Source: Octopus bimaculoides
Lineage: Eukaryota
NCBI RefSeq assembly: GCF_001194135.2
Contig: NC_068995.1
Location: 36,638,460 to 36,702,459, forward strand
Length of the DNA stretch: 64,000 bases
Reading direction: 5' to 3'
Below the pieces are notes generated by a model, which had not been told where the DNA came from, did no database searches, and saw only the letters and a list, made by a program, of their open reading frames with translations. The position numbers were made by a program, and so were the translations under genes. This document shows positions 27,881-38,446 of this stretch, one piece after another; within the stretch, counting starts at the first letter, position 1; every line of letters begins with the position of its first letter.

Positions 27881-28314
27881 ACAATAGGGAAAGTGATCAG
27901 AAAAGAAACTAAAAAATATTCTGTAGCTTCTTTTCTTAATGCAGGAGTTTAGGTGAGATCTGTTTTTATGCTCAGCAATAATGAAAAACTATTGATTCGA
28001 TTAGTTTTACTAATGACCAAAATGAAAACATGAAATACCCAAAAATGCCTGCAATGAGTTGTTAATGCAATTATATTTTTGCAGACTTTTAAACTTGTTA
28101 ACCTTAGCTTTAGAGACGAAAGGACTCAGTTCAGTTCCTGCAATGATCAACTATACCTTTCATTCTTTTGTTGGAAGGAGGGAGCATTAATAAATCAAGT
28201 ACCCGGCCCAGTGCTGGTACAGCCTTCTTTCCCTTAAACTATTACAGCCTGGGTGTTCCACTGAATCAAGGGTGGAAAGACAGAGAGTATCTATTAACTA
28301 TTCTATGGACTTGG

Positions 28315-28409
28315 ATACCTACAACTACAAAAGCATGGTACATTGGTACCTACAACAACAGAAGCATAGTACACAGGTACCTACAACAAGAACAAAAGCA
28401 TAGTACATG
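28315..28409. repeat. ~32-bp minisatellite, 3 copies
   Basis: Unit (g)tacctacaac..caaaagcat(a/g)gtaca repeated three times. Confidence 0.8.
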
Positions 28410-29035
28410 ATATCCAATCATTCTTGGTTGTGAAAACTGAAGCCCATCAATATCATGTTTGGTATCTGATTTGTCAGGTATCTTATTCCTGGATATGTCC
28501 CTAGAACTGGCCCAGAAATAAATAGTAAATCAGAAATAAAAATTCTTCCTTTGATATCAGCTCAGTATTCCTTGATTTTATCAGAAGCTCAGCGACAAAA
28601 GAATTTTTATACCAGAATATGAAGATATTCTGAAAGTGGTGTTGACTGTGATGATCAGTTTTATAGTACTAACAACTTAGTACTACTAAATATAATAAAT
28701 GGAAAAAATGAATTCAATGGAATGTGAGATTGTGTGTATAAGAGTTTAAAATAAATAGTAGACGTTGCTACCAAAATTAAATGAAGTTCAAATGAATACT
28801 CTCTAATCTCATACAACAGAAGTTGATGTTAACACTAAACTACTTTTTGAGTCCCTCACATGAATGATTTTCACTGGCAAATATTGCAGAAAACATTTAG
28901 TCCCTTATCCAGAGTATAGCAATTGTGGTGTATGAATATACAACTCTTCAGCTAAAATACCAATACTTCTCTCACTCAATATTTATGATACCTCTGGAAT
29001 TGGAAAAATTTACAAATATTAGAAAACTAATGGTT

Positions 29036-29222
29036 AAGCAGTGAGCTGGCAGAATCGTTAGCACACTGAGTAAAATGCTTAGTGGCATTTCATCTGTTTT
29101 TATGTTCTGATTTCAAATTCTGTCACAGTCAATACAATAAGTACCAGTTGAGTACGGAGGTCAATGTAATCAATTTATCCCATCCCCCAAAATTGCTGGC
29201 CTTTTGTCAAAATTTGAAATCA
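29036..29222 (+). mobile_element. SINE family D
   Basis: gtgagctggcagaatcgttagcac (A-box) ... gttctgatttcaaattc (B-box) ... ataagtaccagttgag. Confidence 0.8.
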
Positions 29223-30337
29223 TTATTTGAAAACTGATCAAAAAGACTACACATTGAATACTGATGAGACACTTTTTTTTCAGCCAATTCAACTAAAATA
29301 AGAAGCAATAACATTTTATTACAGAAGGATTAGGAAATCAGTATGGAGGTGTTTAGAATATAATGAATTGCTCTTTTCATTATGTTGACATTACTGTTGA
29401 TAGCAAACATTTGAAAAGCTTAGAAAATACTTTACTTTAACAATAATTTTTGCAATTAGCCTAATGATAGAAAATAATTTTTTCCTAAACTAGATTTCAG
29501 AAAAAATCCTAAAGATGGCATGAAAAAATAACTAGATTGAAAGAATAAAAATCAACCAAAAATTGATATTTTATAGAAATATATTGATTGTAGGTGTATA
29601 GTTGGCCAGAAACAACAAAATTTATGTTCCCCTCACTGATGCTGCAGTGTATACAAAGCCCCAAGTGTTTTTCTCTCAAATGATTAAACCCATTCTAGAC
29701 CAGCAAGTTTCACTGAAGCATACAGGTGAAATGCAAGGGGTATCCAAATGCACCAGAAACTATTTTGAAAATATGAATTTAAAGTCTTAGAAAATCCCTA
29801 CTAATGCTTGATCAGCTTGAAAAAGTTTGCTTTTTATAATTCTACTATAAACAAGTATGGTTCATAAAGCATGTATGCAGTAATTTCCTATATTATTTTC
29901 TAAATTTTAAAGTTTTTGAAGGATTTTTTAACACTCCATATAAAATGTGCCACTCATTTTCCTTCTTTATTTTTTTTCCTTTAATCTTCATTGTTCAATG
30001 AAGTGAAAACGATTTAGACCCCTTGATTCAGATAGTAAATAGGAACAGTAAATAAGCAGAACTCACAGTTATAAGTAGCAAGTGTTTAAATGCTAAGTTA
30101 AAAAACATGGGCTCTGTCAAAGCAACATTGAGATGAACTTATCACTCATGCCCAATGATCCAATATTCACGAAACTCAGAAATGGCTAAGAAAAAAAAAA
30201 AAACAGACTACTTTAAATATGTAATTCAATACCAAAATTCTGACATCAAAGCTTATCCTAAATAATTTTCTCTTTTATTCCAATGTTAATGTTGAAATGT
30301 ATGGCAGTAGAAGGTGAACTCTAACTCATTATACATA

Positions 30338-30549
30338 ATCCTTTCTACTATAGACACAAGGCCTGAAATTTTGAGGGATGAGGTTAGTCAATTACATCAA
30401 CCTCAGTATTCATCTAGTACTTATTTTATCAATCCTGGAAGGATGAAAGGCAAAGTCAACCTAGGTTAAATTTCAAAATCAGAATGTAAAGATGGATGAA
30501 ATGCAGCTAAGCATTTTGTCTGGTGTGCTGATTCTGCCAGCCCACCACT
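30338..30549 (-). mobile_element. SINE family D
   Basis: Family D consensus; the head abuts (taa)n and an R4/Dong fragment. Confidence 0.8.
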
Positions 30550-30584
30550 TTAATAATAATAACTCAATAATAACTCAATAATAA

Positions 30585-31760
30585 TAGCTCAACTCAAGGA
30601 ACCTTGTGACTACCATCAACATATGGGCTGTTGCTGTAGTCTGCTATAGTGCACCCATCCTGAAATAGACATGAGCAGAGATTAACCAACTCAATTGCAC
30701 TACCCAAAAGACAATGACAATGCATGGTGCCCTCCACCCTATGGTGAATGTACACAGGCTCTACATGAAGAGGTGCAAAGGTGTACATGGACTAATTAGT
30801 GTACAGGAGTGCATCAACAGTGAAAGAAGAAATATGGCAGAATATTTGGTAAACAGCAACAAGACTTGCTATAGTATGCTGCTAATGCAGGATTTACCAA
30901 AAATGGAGTTGAGAGTGCTAATGAAATCTGTGAAACTAAAAACTTAAAAGACTAGGAAGCATCATGGAGGTGACTCAGCAGGGGTGACTTAAAAAAAAGG
31001 TTGAAAGTCTAGTCATTGCTGCCCAGGATCAGGCATTGAATACCAACTCAGTGAAAAAGGGGTATGTACCAAACAAGTACAATGAACCCCTGCAGAATGT
31101 GTAGGAAGAGGATCAAAAGTATGACTCACATTGTTCGTGCTTGTGAAAGTCTTGCACAGAATGAGTACAAGTACAGACATGACAAGGTAGCCCAAAACCT
31201 TCACTGGCTACTATACTAGAAATATGGATATGAGGAAATGGGTGCTTGGTACCAACATACACCAGAAAAGGTAATGGACGAAAAGGGGAAAGCAAAAATC
31301 CTCTGGGACTTTGACCTCCAGACTGACGAGGTTTAGAGCACCAAAGACCAGATATAGTAACCTTTAGGAGGGACAAACAAGAGCTCCTAATAATTGACAT
31401 GGAAGTGCCAGGAGATTAACATATCATGAAAGAAAGAGAAAAGATTGATAAATATGGAGACCGGGGAATTTAGATCAGTAAGATGTGGCAGCTACAAGAG
31501 ACAAACATAAAGGTTGTCTCTGTTGTCATCAGAACATTGCGTTCAATACCACTCAACCTGAAGAAACATCTCGAAACTTGAGAAGTACCCTACAATCTAG
31601 GTGTATTGCAAAAATTGGCATTACTTGGAACTACACGCATGTTGCATAAACTACTGTCTGTCTGAGGTTCTTGTTGTGACTTGACAGACAGTACAAAACC
31701 CCAGAAAACACAATATCTTCAATCAACATCATGATATTGGATACTGTGTGACATCTTAAA
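30585..31760 (+). mobile_element. 5'-truncated R4/Dong-clade non-LTR retrotransposon (RLE type), disrupted
   Basis: LHP..NVHRLYMKR.KG..GL, then AQDQAL.T, the C..C...HIV..C zinc finger, RHDKVAQNLHW, and the ILWDF...TD....H.RPDIV.....LIID...P endonuclease; stop near 31663. Confidence 0.88.
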
Positions 31761-31769
31761 TAATTATTA

Positions 31770-31986
31770 TAATGGTTTCAAATTTTGGAACAAGGCTAGC
31801 AATTTCAGGATAGGGGATTAAGCTGATCACATTGACCCCAGTGATCAACTGGTACTTATTTTATCGACCCCAAAAAGATAAAAAGCAAAGTTGACAGCAG
31901 CAGAATTTGAACTCAGAATATACAGCCAGTAAAAATACTGCTAAGCATTTTCTCTGGCATGCTGATTCTGCCAGCTCACCATGATG

Positions 31987-32025
<39 letters not shown>
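31770..32025 (-). mobile_element. SINE family D plus (TAA)n
   Basis: Family D body at 31770-31981, with (taa)n at 31985-32025 at its head. Confidence 0.8.
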
Positions 32026-32072
32026 TTCTATAAAGATTGACATAACTCTTCACAAAGGTAAATAGATAATAA

Positions 32073-32156
32073 GTTTGAATGATATTTTGACAGCTCGTCT
32101 GTCTTTTGCAAGTTGATTTGAAAAAGATAGACGAGCTGTTGAAATATCGTTCAAAC
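32073..32156 (+). other. 84-nt hairpin with ~35-bp stem
   Basis: gtttgaatgatattttgacagctcgtctgtctttt pairs with aaaagatagacgagctgttgaaatatcgttcaaac; all four non-Watson-Crick positions are G.T. Confidence 0.9.
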
Positions 32157-32211
32157 CTTTAAATAAATATATGACAATTGCATTGCACTCTTATTGTCTA
32201 ATAATAATAAG

Positions 32212-32425
32212 AATCCTTTCTTCTATAAGCACAAGCCTTGAAATTTTGGTGGGGATGAGGCTAATCAGTTACATTGACCCTAGTGCTTGACTGGTACTTA
32301 TTTCATTGATCCTGAAAGAAGAAAGGCAAAATCAATTTCAGTGGCATTTGAACTCAGACCGTAAAACCAGAAGAAATGCCACTAAGCATTTTGTCTGGCA
32401 TGCTAATGATTTTGCCCCATCCAGC
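32212..32425 (-). mobile_element. SINE family D
   Basis: Family D consensus with an (aat)n tail. Confidence 0.8.
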
Positions 32426-32993
32426 AACTACATAATTGGGGTGCTTTTTGTCTTTTTTTTTTAATATTTTTAGTTTTTCCATAATGAAGAGTATTTTTAT
32501 TAGAAAGGTTATAACTTGAAAGTTATGATATTGAACCTTCTTTGAAATCTTGTGGTTTAATACTTTCATTTGATATTTCAATTATCATTAGATACATTCT
32601 AATGATGTTTAAGGTTGGTGATTTTCACTCAAAATTCTTGTGAAAACCAACATTTGATCCATAGATGTCAAATAATACCATCCTATGTTGCAAACAATCA
32701 AGTCAGATGATTAGGAACTAGATTCCAATGATGCTTGGTCTTCTGCAATTAGTTTAATGAGGAAAAATAAACAATTTCTGTTTTTAAACCTACAGTTGAC
32801 CTTTCCATATTCTCACAGCCTGTTGCAGAAAACCAATGGAAACAGTTTCCTTGGACAAGTTATTAAAGGCAAAACTCAAAGTGCAGGAACTGGAATCAAA
32901 CTATAATAATATTCAAGGAAATTATTGCATATTTTGCTAGCTCTTTCTATCCACACTCTCCAATGAACAGATCACAACTCTCAAGAAACTTAC

Positions 32994-33057
32994 TGAAGAA
33001 GCATCAACAGCCCCAGATAGAAGACATTGTATTTCCTTCTCACTTGGTCTCAGAAAC
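32994..33057 (-). CDS. Candidate 64-bp internal exon of an unidentified host gene (FLRPSEKEIQCLLSGAVDASS)
   Basis: Acceptor tttttccctttatattAG, donor TCA|gtaagt, one open frame; no homology recognised. Confidence 0.25.
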
Positions 33058-33279
33058 CTAATATAAAGGGAAAAAACTTTATCCTCTTATTGGTCAACAT
33101 TCCATCGATTGAAACTTTTCTTAATCCTTCCAACCAATTTTTTTCCAAATATTCAAACCACATTTACACACACACACATAGTCAACTTTCTCTTTATAGA
33201 GCTTACATAAGACATGAAAAAAAAAAATCTTCAATATAGTTTGGATGATAGGCATCCTTACCAGTGTAGCAGAGAAAGT

Positions 33280-33507
33280 CTAACCCTTTGGCATTTAAAC
33301 TGACCATATCTGGCCAAAATAGTCTACTTATTTTATATTCAAAGCAGCTAGATCAGACCTCTTACACCTACACAACAATGTCATTCTAAAGATAAACGAT
33401 CACATCACTGAAATCTTGAAGCTACAAGGTATTGCATGATTAATTCAAAGCAATGTGAATAAATAAGCACTGCATTTGACAGGGTAATCTGAATGTTAAA
33501 TGGATAA
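33280..33507 (-). mobile_element. piggyBac-type MITE family 1
   Basis: ctaaccctttggcatttaaac ... gtaatctgaatgttaaa. Confidence 0.7.
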
Positions 33508-33802
33508 GACATACTAAAGGATTCAATTTGTTACTTCAAAACTCTTCAGCCATTCAAATTTATAAGTTGCTTAGGTCTTTCTCAATACATCATAGTCTTA
33601 TGACCACATGGAACATGGACATTAAACGATGATGATCATAGATTAACAGCAAATGTGTTTCATAACTGACTCAAATAAACATGACAATTTTCTGTTTTAA
33701 TGCTCATACATGTCTCTACTAGTTAGTTATTATATAATAATCACATAGAGCTACAGCTTCAGATTTAAATGGGGTGGGGATGAACTGTAATAATAATAAT
33801 AA

Positions 33803-34015
33803 TAATCCTTTCTACTATAGGCACAAGGTCTGAAATTTGGGGAGAAGGGACTAGTGAATTACATTGATCCCAGTGTTTCACTGATACTTATTTTATCCCA
33901 AGAGGATGAAAGGCAAAGTCAACCTCGGCAAAATTTGAACTCAGAATGTAACACTGGACGAAATACCACTAAGCATTTTGCCTGGTGTGCCAATGGTTCA
34001 GCCAGCTTGCTGCCT
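33803..34015 (-). mobile_element. SINE family D
   Basis: (aat)n tail, family D body; the head abuts (taa)n and the second R4/Dong fragment. Confidence 0.85.
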
Positions 34016-34036
34016 TAATAATGATAATAATAATAC

Positions 34037-34475
34037 AGCAGGATTTACCAAAAATGAACTTGAGAGTGCTCATGAATTCCTATCATGAATAGCCAATGAG
34101 AAAGAAGAAATCCTACTCTGCATGGAATTACAGGATCAGTTCCACCGTGCAACTAACAACTTAAAAGGCCAGGAAGGATCATGGAGGTGGCTCAGCAAGG
34201 GTGACCTAAAGAAAGAAGACTGAAAGCCTAATCATCACTACCCGCATTGAATACCTACTCAGTGAAGAAGGGATATATACCACACAAGTGCAACGAACCT
34301 CTGCAGAATGTGTAAGAAGAGGATCAAAAGTGTGACTCACATTGTTAGTACTTGTGAAAGTCTTGTGCAGAATGAGTACAAAAGCAGACACAACAAGGTA
34401 GCCCAAAACCTTCACTGGCTACTATGCTGGAAGTATGGATATGAGGTAACAGGTGCTTGGTACCAACATATAAAA
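34037..34475 (+). mobile_element. Second R4/Dong fragment, cut by a MITE
   Basis: CRMCKKRIKSVTHIVSTCESLVQNEYKSRHNKVAQNLHWLLCWKYGY; clearly homologous to 30880-31260. Confidence 0.85.
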
Positions 34476-34478
34476 GTT

Positions 34479-34691
34479 TTAACCCTTGTGATACCAACCT
34501 GCCTAGCTCTGTGGTACAAACATCTTGTTTTCAAGAGTCCTGAATTAAAATCTTCCATCAGAACTTAGTGTTAATTTATGATCCAAACACCAATTGATAA
34601 TGCCAAAGTTATTTTCCTAAATTCTTCATTATTTTTAAAATTAAAGTAAAGACAGAGTATGTCAATAGAAATATGCTAACAAAAGGGTTAA
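34479..34691. mobile_element. piggyBac-type MITE family 2
   Basis: ttaa-cccttgtgatacca ... atgctaacaaaaggg-ttaa. Confidence 0.8.
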
Positions 34692-34789
34692 TAAGAAATA
34701 AGACCAGAAACTCTACTGTTATCTGGGAACTGGCTACACTCAATAAGCAGAAAAGATGGATATAGGAAATTCTATATGGTTTACCAAGA

Positions 34790-35018
34790 TTAACCCTTTC
34801 GTTACCAACCTGGCTGAAACCGCCCCTGTCTGTGTAGTACAAATGTTTTGTTTTCGTACGTTTTGAATTAAAATCTTCCACCAAACCTTAGTCACAATTT
34901 ATGTTCCTAACACTAGCTTAATGATAACCAAGTTATTTTACTAAATTCTTTGTTATATTTAAAGTATTTGAAAGAAACACAGAACATCTCAACAGAAATA
35001 TGGTAACAAAAGGGTTAA
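34790..35018. mobile_element. piggyBac-type MITE family 2
   Basis: ttaa-ccctttcgttacca ... tggtaacaaaaggg-ttaa; body homologous to 34479-34691. Confidence 0.85.
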
Positions 35019-36009
35019 TGTAAATTATGAATGCACAAAATATGTAGTGAAATAACAGGCTAACTGAAAGCAAAGATATCCTTTGTAGCAGATACACACG
35101 AATAGTTAGCAATCAGAGTACCCATAATAAAATTCTTTCAAATGCATAGTAGAGAAAGAATGAGGTGGAATGAGTCAAGAACAGTGTTGATTGCAGAGTT
35201 TGAATGAGGCAGTATGTCTGTCAATAAGTGATAACTCAAATGATAACTCAATCCAAGAATCTGTAGAAGAAGAAGGCAAAAGAAGATATGGAAGGAAGTG
35301 ATGGTGAAGGCAGAACCTCACAAAAAAGATGACAAGGGATTCTAACAAGAGGAGAGTTGTTATGCTGGAGCAGAATACTCGCTCAACAAATGCAAGCAGG
35401 GAAAAGAACAGATGTAAAAATGAAACTGACAATAGCAACTGAGGATCAGAAAACTGAGAAATTAAAACCAGGTCACAAACTTGATTCATCATGAAATGAA
35501 CACAGAATTTTCTTATCATATCTACATATCATGACTTGCACTTTGATACCGAAGAGGGTTAGATAATAATATGCATCATACAAATCTTCACACCATCTCA
35601 CACACACACACACACACCCCTCTCACTCATCTTTTTCCTCAATACAGAGATTGATGTTAGTGTTAAGTAAACACATTCATTTACTCTAATTATCTTTTCT
35701 GATATATATATATATATATATATATAACCATTATCATATTTCTTTACTGCAACACATGCAGCAGGTGCTGCCAATAAACAAGACTGTTCAAAACTAAGAT
35801 AACGCCAGGTCATAAAGAAATGAAAGTCATCAACTTATAACAGTTTTAGTTGCTCTAAGAATAAGTTTACATGAAAGGTCACTTGGAAAAGTGATAAAGA
35901 ATTAAGATTTATGAGTAAAGAATGGAAAGAAATTTTACCACTTGGTCATCTGGAAGCTTCTATTAGTCTTGATTTCTTGATATTTCCCTCTACAGTAACC
36001 AGAAAAATG

Positions 36010-36325
36010 TATGGCTTGGTGATTAGATTATTCGTCTCATGATCATAAGGTCATGAATTTGATTCTTGGCAGTGTATTGTGTCCTTGGGCAAGACACTTT
36101 ATTTCATGTTGCTTCAGTCCACTCAGCAATCAAATATGAGTTGTACCTATATTTCAAAGGGCCAACCTCGTCACAGTATGTTATAATGAATCTCCGAGAA
36201 CCACATTAAAGGGTACCTGTGTCTGTGGAGTATTCAGCCGCTTGCATATTAATTTCATGAGCAGGCTGTTCCATTGATCAGATCAACTGGAACCCTCATC
36301 GTCATAAACAACAGAGTGCCAGTTA
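36010..36325 (+). mobile_element. SINE with CORE-like 5' part and family A 3' body
   Basis: tgtccttgggcaagacactttatttcatgttgc.. joined to gagaaccacattaaagggtacctgtgtctgtggag...gatcaactggaaccctc. Confidence 0.75.
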
Positions 36326-38231
36326 TTTAACCAGAAAGTTACCAATTCTTCTTTCCTTGTTATAACAAAGTATTTTATAGTAACACATTTTGTGGTCATT
36401 TAGTATAATGCTATTGCGTTATGGTTTTAATTACTCCTAGTCAGTAGTACTTTTAGAGATCAGCATCTCCATTCTAGATTCTGTCTTCTCTCTCTCTTCA
36501 GATAAGGAACAAGACTGCATGCATACTATATACATGAATTAATTTTCATTTTAATCATTCAAGGGCATTTTACAAACAGTATATCACACATATACAGGCA
36601 GATGTATATGACAAAAACTGCACATGCTAAAAATACATGCTATAAAATCAATATTTCATAAAAACAAAATGTGTTGGTATGAAATACAATTCTCTTTATT
36701 TTTTTTTTTTTTCTCCCTTGTCTCAGCAACCCTACAAACATTCAGTGGTGCTGCCCTTTCTTATCTGGCTATGGCTGAAAGAGATTTTCTTTCTATGATA
36801 ATAGAAATTTGGTGAAAGGTTTCAGAATTTCCAATTTTCTTCAGAAACCTACATTTCAAATCGTTATCACTGTATAACTATATATAACAATATAAATGCC
36901 AATATAAAAAGAACAAATCTAGTATATATATATATATATATATNNNNNNNNNNNNNNNNNNNNNNNNNNNNNNNNNNNNNNNNNNNNNNNNNNNNNNNNN
37001 NNNNNNNNNNNNNNNNNNNNNNNNNNNNNNNNAAGCTCATCCTTAAATTATGTGGTTTCTACCAAATGTCTACTCATAGATTTTTAAAAAAATCCTATCA
37101 CAGTATTTCACAGAGAATCATAAAAGCTAGGCTTTTTAAAAATAGAATTTGCTTTATATTAGGTGACTGGAATTTATTTTTAATAGTAAAAAAAAAATAG
37201 TAAAGTTGGAATTGTTTGTCTTTCCTTTTTTTTCCCACAGAATACTCTACCCATCACAATCAACATGCTTGACAATTGTACAGTTTTATAAATAGGTAAT
37301 GTTAATTGAAGTATAACAGCTGATTAGAGGAATAGAATAGTCTAAATAGTCATTGCAAAAATAAATCACATTTATAAATAATTCCACATCATTCTGTCTG
37401 TGAACGAAAATGTTAATGACAGAAGTTGAAATAGTATAACATAATTACTTTGTACTAACAATAGTAATGTGGTTGCATAGTGGCTGGTGATGTGGTGTGA
37501 TGGTGTGTGTGTTGCAGTGAAGTATGAGGTCGTGATGGAAATAGATATTAGAAACCTCTATTTTGTACTCATATGAGAGTGTATGTAAGTCAGCAAGCTT
37601 ACAGCTGGGTCATTCAATCAGCAAAAAACAATGCTACCCACCATTTTAACTAATAAACCACATCAACTAGTTTTTCACTAAAATAGAGAACAGAATGGAT
37701 ACATTTACAAATTACATAAAAACAGATTCCGAATAAAATAAACCTATTCCAAATAAGGAAGGTTTAGTTTATCGAAAGATCAGAACAAGTTCTATCACAT
37801 ACTGAAGGAAATCTGCTACTGGTAACCATGTAATCCTGGGGTACCTACTTACTATGAAGTGGTCAGCAGCTATGCAGACCCTCTACTAGGCTTGCCTAGT
37901 GAGAATGGTGTCTGGACAACAAGTAGGATTAAAACAAACAAATCAAAAGCAAATGAACTTGAGAGCCAAGGGTACTTACATCCCAAGGAGGAGATGTGCA
38001 CCACAAAAATTACCAAACTTAATCAAACCCTCGAATAGAAGTTATAGCAATATTTAATACTATACTGGACAGGGCCTAGGTTAATAACAGCCAAATTCCT
38101 CAGTGAAGTACAGCAAGATGGGGTCGATAGTAAGAAGGTCCAAGACTGGCACAAAAAATTTCAAGCACCTCAACGCCAGAGAGGTTGTAGGAACCTGAAT
38201 GTTGAAAATGATAAACTACTTACCACAAATA

Positions 38232-38446
38232 ATGGTTTCAACTTTTGTCACAAGGCCAGTACATTCGGGGAAGGGGATAAGTTATTTCCATCAATCCCTG
38301 TCCTCAACTGGTACTTATTTTATTGAGCCCCAAATGGATGAAAGGTAAAGTGACCTTGTCAGAATTTGAACTCAGAATGTAAAGACAGATGAAATGCTAC
38401 TGAACATTTTACACAGCATGCTAACAATTCTGCCAGCTCACTACCT
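38232..38446 (-). mobile_element. SINE family D
   Basis: Family D consensus. Confidence 0.8.

Noticed and set aside
28315-28409. Spaced ~32-bp repeats as a possible CRISPR-like array
   Set aside because: Head-to-tail minisatellite without unique spacers, in a eukaryotic context.
5350-37300. Several splice-site-bounded segments (5350-5398 +, 17859-17962 -, 20220-20335 -, 37241-37295 +)
   Set aside because: Stops in all frames or no recognisable homology; such site pairs arise often in AT-rich DNA.
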